A stretch of 64,000 bases of DNA. Source: the human T2T-CHM13v2.0 reference genome, Homo sapiens. The position numbers and the translations under genes were made by a program. The notes beneath the pieces were generated by a model. That model was not told the DNA's origin. It did no database searches and worked only from the letters and a program-made list of their open reading frames with translations. Shown here piece by piece: positions 31,718 through 50,332 of the stretch. Every line of letters begins with the position of its first letter. The stretch's first letter is position 1. The stretch is from assembly GCF_009914755.1 (NCBI RefSeq), contig NC_060934.1; one strand, written 5' to 3'.

Positions 31718-32254
31718 CTAATTTTACTAAACTACTACCATAGGAACACAATACCCCTGGGAAGGGGCTCTGCACTGAGGGGACCTGATGTGAGTGTCGT
31801 TAGCTTCAAGGTAAGTCCACCTCTGCACGCACAGTTGTTGGGGAAGACTTCTTCAGCAGCACCCAGAGAAGCTGGCATCCCCCCAAAATCTAAAACAGAT
31901 GAGAGGGTAGTTATCAGGTTAAGTATACAGAATTTACTTAAGAGGTCATGGAGAGGAATCCAGAAGTTTCCTCCAAATTGAGCCACAGCCAGAGACAGAG
32001 AAAGCAAAACAATCATGAGCCCAAGTCACAAGGGACAGTGCTCCAAATTACAGGCATAGACTTGCCAAGGAGCTGCTTCTCACAGGGGAAACTCTATCTG
32101 GTTTGTTTCGGAGTGGGGAGCAGCAGCTATTTATTTATTTAAAGGTGGTGAACAGCTCTCCCAAATATTGCCAGGTGGCCAGCAAGTTCTAAATACGACT
32201 GGCTTCCAATAATTTGAAAACTTTAACATTGATAGCATCTGCTGTTGAGAAAAA

Positions 32255-32477
32255 AAAGTGTAGGCTTTGGGTGCCACACAACTGTGGATTCAAATCCAGG
32301 CTCTGCTAGTTACTAGCTATATGACCCTAGATAAGATACTTCGCTGCTTGGAATCTTGGTCTTCTCACCTGCAAATGGGTTTAACAATATTTACTCTATA
32401 GTATTACTTGAAGATTCATGGTATTTGTGACAATTCTGCCACAAATGAAATTTTCATCAAATAGTAGTCATTATTAT
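32255..32477 (+). mobile_element. MIR SINE
   Basis: ggattcaaatccaggctctgc...tgaccct...tctcacctgcaaatggg. Confidence 0.75.
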
Positions 32478-32543
32478 AAAGCTGTATTTTCCATTTATTT
32501 TGGCTTGGCACAAAGATGATTCAAACCTCATCTGCAATTTGTG

Positions 32544-33269
32544 CATTTCCATCTGGCAGCAACCAACAAGTCAGCTAAGATGGCGACTTACTCTAAGGGT
32601 GCAACCTACAGCAAGCCTGTCCATCACAGTACTAGCCAGCTAAAGTTTGTTACAAGCTTTCAGTCTGCTGCGGAGGGACAAGCTGGACATCATTTGGGGC
32701 TCTGAGAGTCTTGAGTTCTGACCTGGTCGGTGAGCTAGTGTACGAATATTCCACATACAAATTCTTTGGCCTCATGGATACTTTTCATAAAGCTACCGGA
32801 AGAAATCCTGACACCCAGGCAATCACCAAGCCAGGCCACAAGTACAGGGACAGATATGGGCTGCTATCTGTAGGCGCAAGAGCCTTGGCCCTGGAAAGGG
32901 CCACTCATCCCAACATCCTGTGGCGATCGTCACCAGGCAGGTGGGAAAAGACACAACACTCCCCAGCCCCACCGTTACCATCGATAAAAGTAATGTTTGC
33001 AAAATGCATACCTAACAATTTAGGACAGTTCAGGTCTGCTTGATAGTGTTCTTTAATTTGCCTGTTTAAACCATTCTACAGATAGTTTCATGACTGTCAG
33101 ATTACAAAAGTTACAATGCAATGATATTTGAAGACTCTATGTGATGGTGTGTCTTCTTTCTCATAAGATAAAATTTTTTTATCTTTGCTTTATCTTATAA
33201 AGGAGTTATATATCAGACATGCTGTGTGGTATAATAGATGTAAAATAAATTATTTAAAAGAGGAAAAAA
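32544..33269 (+). pseudogene. Processed pseudogene of ribosomal protein L15 (RPL15), internally deleted and frameshifted
   Basis: 5'UTR-like tttccatctggcagc...ctaagATG (32580); translation [80 protein letters not shown] matches RPL15 ([33 protein letters not shown]...STYKFF...RNPDTQWITKPVHKHR...LHRYR); intronless; 3'UTR homology to AATAAA at 33244-33249. Confidence 0.92.
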
Positions 33270-33277
33270 TGCAGGAG

Positions 33278-33811
33278 TGTTGAGGAGGAAAAACTTTTCC
33301 TCTGCCCATGGAACACAAAAGTTCCATGACTTGGGTCCTTCACATTTAACTGATAAAAGACAGATTAAACAGGAGAAATGGAATACACAATTTATCGATA
33401 TCTACATGCACTGGGAGGTCACAGAAAAGAAGGAGAACCCAAGGAAGTGATCAGACTTGGGGACACATGCCATTGTAACAAAGGAAAAAGGGTTTGGGCT
33501 TCAAGGGAAAATAAATTGCAGCAAAGTGAGTAGGAACTATATGGAGAAAGCTAACGGGAGATAAGGGTTATTTTCGTAAAATCTGTTTATGCACATTCAT
33601 TTTGCTGACCCTCCAACTTCCTGGTACATTTGCTCTCCTCTTCCTGGTACAGGACAGGGGAAACCTTCACAGACGGAACCTTATGCCCTGCTTTTAGGCA
33701 GAAAAGAGGAGAGAAGAGAATGCTTCCTATTTGATTCTCATTGCCTTCAGCTCAAAATAATCCTCATGCCACAGTGGCATATTTTGGGATGGCATACCCC
33801 AATCCCCTGCA
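33278..33811 (-). mobile_element. MER34-type ERV1 solo LTR with 4-bp TSD GGAG
   Basis: tgccttcagctcaaaataatcc...gtggcatattttggg.tggcata; TG...CA ends; GGAG at 33274-33277 and 33812-33815. Confidence 0.85.
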
Positions 33812-34178
33812 GGAGCATGTGGTCAGGCCAAGACATCAGCCTTTGATTTGTTATAAATGAAAACTTTCTAAAAATGTGAGTTGGGTGTGTGTTTGATGTG
33901 TATTTGGTTTAGGAATAAAGTGAGAAAAGGTATTAATTATAAGTAATAAATGAAATTAAAAATGTATTTTTTATAAGTGAGGGCTATATAAATTACAAAG
34001 TAGTCAGGACTGACTTAAAGCCTAGAATTTCTGCTACTAAAATGTATATTTCGGAGGCTAAAACCAACCTATTGACATTCAAGAGTATTGAAGCAAATGT
34101 AAATGTGTCTGTACTCCTAGACTCTATTACCATTTTTTTCCTCAAATAAGCTCATTTTGGCATTTAAAAAACAACTGA

Positions 34179-36043
<1,865 letters not shown>

Positions 36044-36201
36044 TAACTGACACAAATGTGCGAGGCTACTCTGATGAGAGCTAAGCCCCTGCAGTCACAG
36101 CATGCTAAACTATCATTCAATGAGACACACGTAAGTCAGCCTTCATCTTCTCAGTGCATTCTTTCAAGTCCTACCTATTCTACAAGAAAAACAGATGTCT
36201 G

Positions 36202-36521
<320 letters not shown>

Positions 36522-36866
36522 TAGCAAGTTACATCAGGGAAATTAAGAAAGTCCTGGCTTCTGTCCTCTCTCATTCATCTTTGTATTGTTCCTTTTTACA
36601 TAAACACTGAGACCTAGGTGCCCATCCTGACTGCATGGCGTTGAGTGATGAAAGATGAGACCCCCTAGAAGGAGGTAGTGAGGCTCTGAGCAAGCCCGTT
36701 CTCTTTGGTGCCCCCGAGAACCAAATGGGAGCCTGTCATTGGGCTGCAGTGAACTCTGCCATGTTCATTTCAACAGGTTTTATACCACTATCTCATTTTG
36801 AAGTTTATATTTTGAAATTATGGTATACCCAAAATGAAGAGGTGCTTTCAAAAAGTTTAGTGATTT

Positions 36867-37002
36867 GGACTGGGCACGGTGGCTCACACCTGTAATCCCA
36901 CCACTTTGGGAGGCCGAGGTGGGAGAATCGCTTAAGCCCAGGAGTTGAGAGGCCAGCCTGGGCAACACAGTGAGACCCTGTCTCTACCAAAAAAAAAAAA
37001 AA
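36867..37002 (+). mobile_element. Alu left monomer (FLAM-like)
   Basis: single monomer plus A tail, TSD ta.tgattt. Confidence 0.85.
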
Positions 37003-37280
37003 GGGTAATGATTTGAAACTAGGTTTCAGTTTAATTCTCACCATTTTTATATCCTAGAGAATAATTCCTTTAAATTACGTATTTTGCTTTGCTTTTTTCA
37101 TTTTTTTACTCTTCAAATCTCATTTTCTCCTGTGAAATCCACAGTTTACTTGTTCTGTGTTTTTGGTGTTATTGTTGCTGATGGTGTTTTTGGTTAATAT
37201 GATTAAAGAAAAACTTTTTTACTAATACCTTATTGCTGCCAATTCTAAAATTTCTAACCCTGCCAAGTCACTACTATTTT

Positions 37281-41658
<4,378 letters not shown>

Positions 41659-42357
41659 CACTACTATTTTTTTTTAATATTACATTTCCCCACTTCAGAA
41701 TATCACTCTGGAGTTGGAATAAGGTAAGATTTCACCAATTCAATTCTTAATATATTTTCTTATAAAATAGCTGAAATCTCAAATCAGTAACAATGTTGTT
41801 ATTGTTCAGTGATGGCTAGATTTAAGCTTTTTTCCCCCCATTAATTGGAAATTTTCTGATCTGTGAACTTAAAAACCCACTTATGGGACAGTTTGTTGAT
41901 CTCGTTGCATCTTCCTTTGCCCAGGATAGAGGGTTCCTTTTCAGGACATCCTCCTTGCCTCCATTCAGTTAATTCCATATTTTAGGGCTCTTGTTTGTCT
42001 ACTGCAAGAGCTCCCAAAGTTTTGGGAATTTTAGCATTAGTGTATACCATTTATATACCTACTTGCCAGATATATAAATAAGTAATGTTAAATTCTACTT
42101 TAAAAATGCCATATGGCACATTTCTAATTTAAAGGAGGTGAACAATAATTTTGTGTTGAAAATGTTGATTCTCCCTGTGATCACCAGAAATGGTTTCCCG
42201 ATAAAAGGAAACACTTTTTCTTGAAGGTGTTTGACTTTCCACCCTCTCTGGCTGTAAGCCAGTTCCCCCAGGTCAGAGAAAAGCTACATACTTTTTCAAG
42301 GTGCATTTTACTTTGCCAGGAAATATTGCACTAAGGGAATTCAAAAGCACTTGAAGT

Positions 42358-42580
42358 TTCTTCTTCTTCTTCTTCTTCTTCTTCTTCTTCTTCTTCTTCT
42401 TCTTCTTCTTCTTCTTCTTCTTCTTTCTTCTTCTTCTTCTTCTTCTTCTTCTTCTTCTTCTTCTTCTTCTTCTTCTTCTTCTTTCTGCTTCTTCTTTCTC
42501 TTCTTTCTTCTTCTTCTTCTTCTTCTTGTTCTTCTTCTTCTTTCTTCTTCTTCTTTCTTCTTCTTTCTTCTTCTTCTTTT
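42358..42580. repeat. (TTC/GAA)n trinucleotide repeat: (TTC)22 T (TTC)19 plus degenerate tail
   Basis: read directly. Confidence 0.97.
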
Positions 42581-42859
42581 TATCTCAGGATACCTTGAGA
42601 AAGAGCACTCATAAAAATGTAAATGGTAACGTTCAGAATCTTGTGGCAAGCACTGATTTTTAAAATAGATATTTACATTTACATTCTTAAAAGGCAGTTC
42701 CAAAATGGTCTGATTTTGAGAACCAGAATTAGAATAACAGAGAATGATAGTGTTCCCATATGAAGGAGTATTTTCTTCAACTTGGCTTACTTGAAGTTCA
42801 AAAAAGTTAATCCAAAGTTTTTTGGGTTTTTTTTTTCGAGTTGTTGTTGTTGCTATTTC

Positions 42860-43166
42860 TTTGTTTGTTTGCTTATTTGTTTTTTAAACAGGATCTCACT
42901 GTGTCACCCAGGCTGGAGTGCAGTGGGGCAATCACGACTCACTACACCCTCAAACTCCTGAAGTCACGCAATGCTCCCGCCTCAGCTTCCAGAGTAGCTG
43001 GGACTACAGGTAAAAACCACCACACCCAGGTCATTTTTAAACTTTTTTATAGAAATGGGGTCTCACTTTTTGCCCAGGCTGGTCTCAGACTTGTGGCCTT
43101 AAACAATCCTCTCGCCTCAGCCTTCCAAAGTGCTACGATTACAGGCATGAGCAACTGTGCCTGGCC
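42860..43166 (-). mobile_element. AluJ-type, diverged
   Basis: reverse dimer, TSD aatccaaagttttt. Confidence 0.88.
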
Positions 43167-43851
43167 AATCCAAAGTTTTTAATGGGTGATTTTTTTGAAT
43201 TGGCCAGGGACAATTAGACCATCTTGCTCCCTGGCAGATCTATCATCCACATGGGTTGCTCTCTAAAGACAGGTAAAGAACAGGTACATTTTTACAGATT
43301 AGAATCTAAGGAAAAGCAAAATAATTTTATTAAATCACTTTTAAATGGTTAATAAAAACAGTCATTTTTAAAAATTAAAAACAGTCATCATACATTTAAC
43401 TTGAATTTTATCCTAAATTACTTTCCATAAATAAAATTTCTAAAATATAACCATAATGGAGATATTAGATTCAAGAAATGTAATTGTACCTTATGAAACC
43501 TTTGCCCCAACTGCAGGCCTGTTACAGTCATTCATTTTACTCATGGACTATTTCTAAATCCCTGCACTTCTTACTGCCCTTGTGCTTGGATGGGACCCAA
43601 GAGTTAGTAGTAGCCCATGGGTTGAGGTGGAAGTGAACTGTTGGACTCTCCAGAGCTCTCTATTTCCTCTGTCATAGCCTGCATCCCAGTAAGGATAAAT
43701 TAGGACATGAAGCAGAGCTCCCACCAACCCATAGTGGACATAGAGTGTAAGTGGGAAAAAAAAAAATCTGTTACAATTTGGGACTATTTGTTACCTCCCT
43801 ATACTCTAATCTGTACTGAGTAGTATAAATTCCATATAATAAGATAATTAA

Positions 43852-44267
<416 letters not shown>

Positions 44268-44919
44268 CTACCATGAATTTCACCCTCTACTGAAACTCCC
44301 TCAGCTCTCATCTGACTGGAGAGTAAGTGGTGTTATTTTCAACAGTTTTTATTCCCACTTGTTTCATTTCTATTCTGTATCTCTCAAGAAGGTAGGAGGG
44401 GATATATCCAACTGAATAAAGATGTCGACAGGAGCAGATGGGCCTAGCTTTCAGTCACGTCTCTGTAACACACCAGCTGGTAACCTTGACCACGTCACAT
44501 ACCTTTGTATGTAAAATGGGGATAACATGTGCCAGCACAGAGTCTGGCGTGTAGTGAACTGACCTGGTAAACCTCATGTGGGAGCCTGACATTATCAGAA
44601 ATCATTCAGAGCAGAAGCTTTTCCTTTTATATGTAACCCACGTTGCCTAGCTCGGTGCCCTGCATGGGGTGGCCACTCCGCTAATGTAGTTGGCAGGCAC
44701 TATTTTTCAAAATGAATCAACTCTTCTTTCTCCAGTTCATGGTTCATCAGATAATTCCATCTCTTGGGTTAGAGATTCCTGCTGTGGTGTTTTCAGATGC
44801 AAACATTCCATTTCATTTTTAAATTGGAATTTTGACAGCCCATAAAAATAATTCAAATATACCTGTGAGATTCTCACCCTAGTTTTCCACATGTGAGGGG
44901 GTCTAAAGAAATATAAAGA

Positions 44920-45110
44920 ATATGGGCTTGGGAGTGAGTCAAGCTGGATTTGAATCTCCCTTCTGATCTTCACTATGACCTATGGCAACCATGTACATTT
45001 TCTCATTCTCAACTTCCTTATCTCTAAAGGGCTAACAACACCTGTCCTAGGATGAGCTGAGCATGCATGTTAAAGCACATTACATGGGAGAAAGTAACTG
45101 CTCACTTAAA
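44920..45110 (+). mobile_element. MIR fragment
   Basis: gggcttgggagt...ctggatttgaatc...cttccttatctctaaaggg. Confidence 0.6.
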
Positions 45111-45282
45111 AAAAGAAAGAAAAATGTTAGTTTCCTTCCCATGTCATGCTTCTGAGAATTCAACATGATTTATTAAAATGTAAATTACTATGGTTTCAAG
45201 ATGAATGTGTCAACAATCTCACTTTCTCAGAGCTTTTTCTATTCCCTTTTGTTTTGAGAGAAAATGGAGGAACTCTACTTGA

Positions 45283-45618
<336 letters not shown>

Positions 45619-45971
45619 ACCAAGAGTCTTAAGAAACGAAAAGGAACCCCCATGCCAGTCCATTTCTTATTAATCATTTAATTAAACTGAAAGCTATTAA
45701 AATTCTGCTTTACTGTATGTCTTCCGTCCAAATGAAGCACGATCCATGGACCAAAAGAAAGTCAATTGATTCACAATCATGCTTTGCTAAGAGGCATAAG
45801 GACACAAGTTGATGTATTCATTCATTCGTTCTTGCTGTGTCCTCGCGATGTGCGAGCACTTCTTGGCTTGGTGGATGCAGTGATGAACAAGAAAGCCAAA
45901 AGAGCCACCTTTATGGAACTTACATTCCAGTGGAGGAGACAAGCAAACATGTGCTGTGAAGAAAAATAAAA

Positions 45972-46291
45972 GGCTGGGCGCAGTGGCTCACATCTGTAAT
46001 CCCAGCACTTTGGGAGGCTGAGGTGGGCAGATCACCTGAGGTCAGGAGTTCAAGACCAGCCTGGCCAACATGGTGAAACCCTATCTCTACTAAAAATGCA
46101 AAAATTAGCCAGGCTTGGTGGCACACGCCTGTAATCCCAGCTACTCGGAAGGCTGAGGCAGGGGAATCGCTTGAACTCGGGGGAGGAGGTTGCAATGAGC
46201 CGAGATGGCGCCACTGCACTCCAGCCTGGGCAACAGAGCGAGACTCTGTCTCAAAAAAAAACAAGAAAAGAAAAGAAAAGAAAAAGAAAAG
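45972..46291 (+). mobile_element. AluSx-type
   Basis: Alu dimer with (GAAAA)n tail. Confidence 0.93.
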
Positions 46292-46511
46292 AGGATAATG
46301 AGACAGAACAATGTGGGGCAAGGGAACAGTATTACAGTCAGGAGAGAACATCAGAGGAAGGTACAGTGAACAGGGGCATGAAGATCTGGGGAGAGAACGT
46401 TCCTGAAAGCCAAATAAGGCAGTCAAAGCCCCGAGGCAAAACGAATTTGCCAAGTTCAAAGAATAGAAAGGCATCAGCAGGAGGAGGTAGGGAGAAGGGT
46501 AGGAAACAAGA

Positions 46512-46879
46512 TGAAAACTAAAAATAAAATTCTACGCCCTCCAACCATGGAACAGACCCCCTCTTGGCCAAGGACACTTCAGAAAAAAAACTTGAAAACT
46601 TAATTCCCAGGCATGGCAGGATGGGAGGCCAGACACACCTCGCTATGCCCCCTCCCTTTTGCGGTTTATACACAACTGATCAGCATTAGTGTTAAAATAG
46701 GGATCATAAAACCAAAAAATGCTCTTCATGACAATATGATATCAAATTATAAATAGGACCCAAAGCCATGCCAGACAAGGGTTAAGTCACACTTCCCTAC
46801 GCTTCGAGAATAAACTATGTTCCAACTGCCACAGGGTTGTTGTTTTTTTTTCTCTCTCTCTCTCTTCTTTTTCTCTTGC
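46512..46879 (+). mobile_element. MER4D-type ERV1 LTR, 3'-truncated
   Basis: tgaaaactaaaaataaaattcta.gccc...gacccctcttggccaagg...aagggttaagtcac...gaataaactatgttc. Confidence 0.8.
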
Positions 46880-47010
46880 CAGCAGGAGGAGGCAAGAAGA
46901 AGCATAGGAAACAAGGTTAGAGAGCAAAGTAGCCATAGACCATGCAATTCTCTGCAACCCATAATACAGAACTTGGATTTGACTTTAGATAGTCCAGAAA
47001 AGCTTTAGAG

Positions 47011-47468
47011 CAGCAGTCCCCAACCTTTTTGGCACCAGGGACCTGTTAAGTGGAACACAAATTTGCCACAGACCAAGGGTCGGTCGGGGGGTGGTTTCAG
47101 GATGATTCAAACCCATTACATTTATTGTGCACTTTATTTCTGTTATTATTACATTGTAATATATGAGGAAATAATTGTACAACTCACCATAATGTACAAT
47201 CAGTGGGAGCCCTGAGGTTGTTTTCCTGCAACTAGACAGTCCTATCTGGGGATGCAGGGAGACAGTAACAGGTCATCAGGCATTAGATTTTCATAAGGAG
47301 CATGCAACCTAGATCCTTCACATGAGCAGTTCACAATAGGGTTTGCGCTTCTATGAGAATCTAGCACTGCTGCAGATCTGATGAGGCGGAGCTCACGTGG
47401 TAATTCAAGTGATGGGGAGACAGACAGGTACCAGTCAGTGGCCTGGGTTTGGGGGTTGGAGACCCCTG
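47011..47468. mobile_element. MER1A (hAT-Charlie)
   Basis: termini cagcagtccccaacc / ggttggagacccctg; degenerate 8-bp TSD ctttagag/cttcacag. Confidence 0.9.
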
Positions 47469-47781
47469 CTTCACAGGGTTTTGAGCAAAAGAGTGACATG
47501 GTCTGACTTACATTTTCAAACAATCACTTAAGTTTCTACAGAAAACTAGACCACAAAAAGCCAAAAGCAAAAGCAGCAGCTCTATCAGAAGTTGCAGTAG
47601 TTCAGGAGAGATGATTCCAACTCAAACTAGAACAGTAGCATTAGAAAAAGTGAAAAGTAGTCAATCTCAGGGTATAGTTTGAAGACAGAACCAAAAATAC
47701 TTGCTGAGCAATTGAAGATGAGCCATGAAGGAAAAACAGGAATCAAGGACAATGCCTTTTCCTATCTTAGGTTCAACCACA

Positions 47782-48061
47782 TTTCTTTTTTATTGAGACA
47801 GAGTCTCACTCTGTTACCAAGGCTGGAGTACAATGGCACAATGTTGGTTCACTGCAACCTCCACCTCCCAAGCTCCAGCAATTCCCACCTCAGCCTTCTG
47901 TGTAGCTGGGACTACAGGCACTCGCTAAATTTTGTATTTATTGTAGAGATGAGGTTTCATCATGTTGCCCAGGTTGGTCTCGAACTCCTGGGCTCAAGCA
48001 ATCTGCCCGCCTTGGCCTCCCAAAGTGCAGGGATTACAGGCATGAGCCACTGCACCCAGCC
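47782..48061 (-). mobile_element. AluJ-type
   Basis: reverse dimer, TSD tcaaccac. Confidence 0.9.
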
Positions 48062-48142
48062 TCAACCACTTCTCTTGACTTGCTCCAAACTCTGGCACAC
48101 TATTCAGAATTGTAAGAGCATATTTGGTCATCTGACATTTAG

Positions 48143-48702
48143 TACTTATAATTTGGGAAGGACTCTTCCATACTAACACACATCCAGCAGAGATATAGAT
48201 AAATGTATGCATACATAACTATATCTATATCATATATATCTCTATAGATATATATGCATATATACATACATATATAGATATGGATATATATACACATGTA
48301 CATATTTATGTATCTATATATACATATATAGATATATATCTATATAGAGAGACTTATCTATATATACATATATAGATATATATCTATATATGTATATCTA
48401 GATATAGAGACATATTTATATATGCATATATATGGATATATATTACATATATAGATATATATTACATATAGATATATATTACATATAAATGCATATATAT
48501 GCATATATATTACATATATAGATATATATTACATATATATGCATATATATGGATATATATTACATATATAGATATATATTACATATATATGCATATATAG
48601 ATATATATTACATATATATGCATATATATGGATATATATTACATATATATATATATGCTGGATGTGCGTTAGTATAGATGCATCCTTCCTAAATTATAAG
48701 TA
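48143..48702. repeat. AT-rich tandem repeat (TA-based, ATATATATTACATATATAG-like units) flanked by 47-bp inverted arms
   Basis: arms 48143-48189 and 48656-48702 are reverse complements with 6 mismatches. Confidence 0.9.
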
Positions 48703-48722
48703 GTATAATTTAGGAGATTGTG

Positions 48723-48723
<1 letters not shown>

Positions 48724-48767
<44 letters not shown>
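48724..48767. repeat. (GATA)n tetranucleotide STR
   Basis: ~11 GATA units. Confidence 0.95.
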
Positions 48768-48808
48768 TCTCCAAGAAAGCTAAACACTCCAGGAAAGTAT
48801 TATTTTTA

Positions 48809-48835
48809 GGACTGGACTGGACTGGACTGGACTGG
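48809..48835. repeat. (GGACT)5 pentanucleotide repeat
   Basis: read directly. Confidence 0.9.
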
Positions 48836-48926
48836 AAATATTATAAAAGAGCTACTTGTTGAAAAGGGGGTGAGTGGATTTGACTTTCCTATGCCAAAGT
48901 GGATTTGGATTCAGAGACGCTGGACC

Positions 48927-49319
48927 TGATGTAGTTTCCTCCAAATCACATGTTGAAATGTAATCCCCGGTGTTGGAGGTGGGGTCTGGTGGGAGGAATT
49001 TGGATCATGTGGGCCGATCCCTTATGAACAGCTTGGTGCTATCCTATCAGTAATGAGTTCACCAGAGAGCGGGTTGTTTAAAGAGCCTGGCGCCACCACC
49101 TTCTCTCTCATGCACCCTCTCTCTTCATGTAATTCACCTGCCTCTCCCACTTCACCTGCTATGGGTAAAAGCTCCCTGTGGTCTCACCAGAAGCAGAGCA
49201 GATGCCAACACCATGCTTCCTGTACAGGCTACAGAACTGTGAGTCAATTAAACCTCTTTTCATTATAAATTACCCAGTCTCAGGTGTTCCTTTAGAGCAG
49301 TGTAAAACTGACTAACACA
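48927..49319 (+). mobile_element. MSTB-type MaLR solo LTR
   Basis: catgttgaaatgtaatcccc...cagaagcagagcagatgc...gagtcaattaaacctc...gactaacaca. Confidence 0.88.
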
Positions 49320-49729
49320 GACCCTGCTTTCCATTGAGCAGTGACGTGCTGTTAATCCCCCTCTCTCTGCTCCAGCCCACACTGCTATCCATCTCCCAGA
49401 GAACCTCAGCCGACTGGGATCAGAAATCTGGCTTCCTAAACAGAGACCAAATCAGCTTTAATGTCTGCAGAGAAGCCAGCTGAACCCACAGTGGCCACCT
49501 CCAGTTCACCGTCACTCAGCAGCACTCTGCCCTGAAGTTTCAGAACACTTAAGGTCATTGATTTGTCTGGAGGGAAGTTATATGGAACAGCTGGTTTCCT
49601 CCGGTACAGGCCAAAACAAGGCTCAACGGTGAGATATAACCAACACCCAAGGCCTCTTTAACAGAGAGAAAGGAGAGGACCTAAGAAGATTATAGAACAA
49701 GAGCCAGGAAGCAATCACAAAACAAAAAG

Positions 49730-50024
49730 TAGCCAGGCGTGGTGGCACTCGCCTGTGGTCCCAGCATTTTGGGAGGCCAAGACAGGAGGAGCACTTGAGC
49801 CTGGTAGTTCCAGACCAGCCTGGGCAACATAGTGAGATGCCATTTCTACAAAAACGTACAAAAATTAGCTGGGCATGGTGGTGTGCGCCTGTAGTCCCAG
49901 CTGCTCGGGAAGCTGAAGCGGGAGGATCACTTGAGTCCAGGAGGTTGCGGCTGCAGTGAGCTACGACTGTGCCACTGCAGTCCAGCCTGGATGACAGAGT
50001 GAGACCCTATCTCTTAAAAAAAAA
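49730..50024 (+). mobile_element. AluJ-type
   Basis: Alu dimer. Confidence 0.9.
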
Positions 50025-50056
50025 TCCAAATGTTAAAAAATCCAAAAACATAAGTG

Positions 50057-50332
50057 TTTTTATTTATTTATTTAAAGACAGAATCTTGCTCTGTCACCCA
50101 GGCTGGACTGCAGTGGCGCGATCTCGGGTTCAAGCGATTCTCCTGCCTCAGCCTCCCTAGTAGCTGGGACTACAGGTGCCTGAGACCACGCCCAGCTAAT
50201 TTTTGTATTGTTGGTAGAGACAGGGTTTCGCCATTATGGACAGGCTGGTCTCGAACTCCTGGCCTCCAGCGATGCAGCCACCTCAGCCTCCCAAAGTGCT
50301 GGGATAACAGGCGTAAGCCACTGCGCCAGGCC
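50057..50332 (-). mobile_element. AluS-type with internal deletion in the right arm
   Basis: gatctcgggttcaagcg junction; TSD cataag. Confidence 0.9.

Larger units (their letters stand above)
45815..47760 (-). mobile_element. L2 LINE 3' region split by Alu, MER4-type LTR and MER1A
   Basis: ttcattcattc terminus, atggaacttacattccagtggaggagaca, gagcaaaagagtgacatggtctgacttacatttt, ggaatcaagga. Confidence 0.75.

Noticed and set aside
32711-33043. 110-aa ORF as a functional gene
   Set aside because: Partial, frameshifted reading of the RPL15 pseudogene from a non-ATG start.
42341-42703. Poly-E/R and poly-L/S ORFs
   Set aside because: Translation of the GAA/TTC repeat.
48190-48660. CRISPR-like array in the AT-rich or CA-rich tandem repeats
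   Set aside because: Eukaryotic context, no unique spacers and no cas genes; simple slippage-derived repeats.
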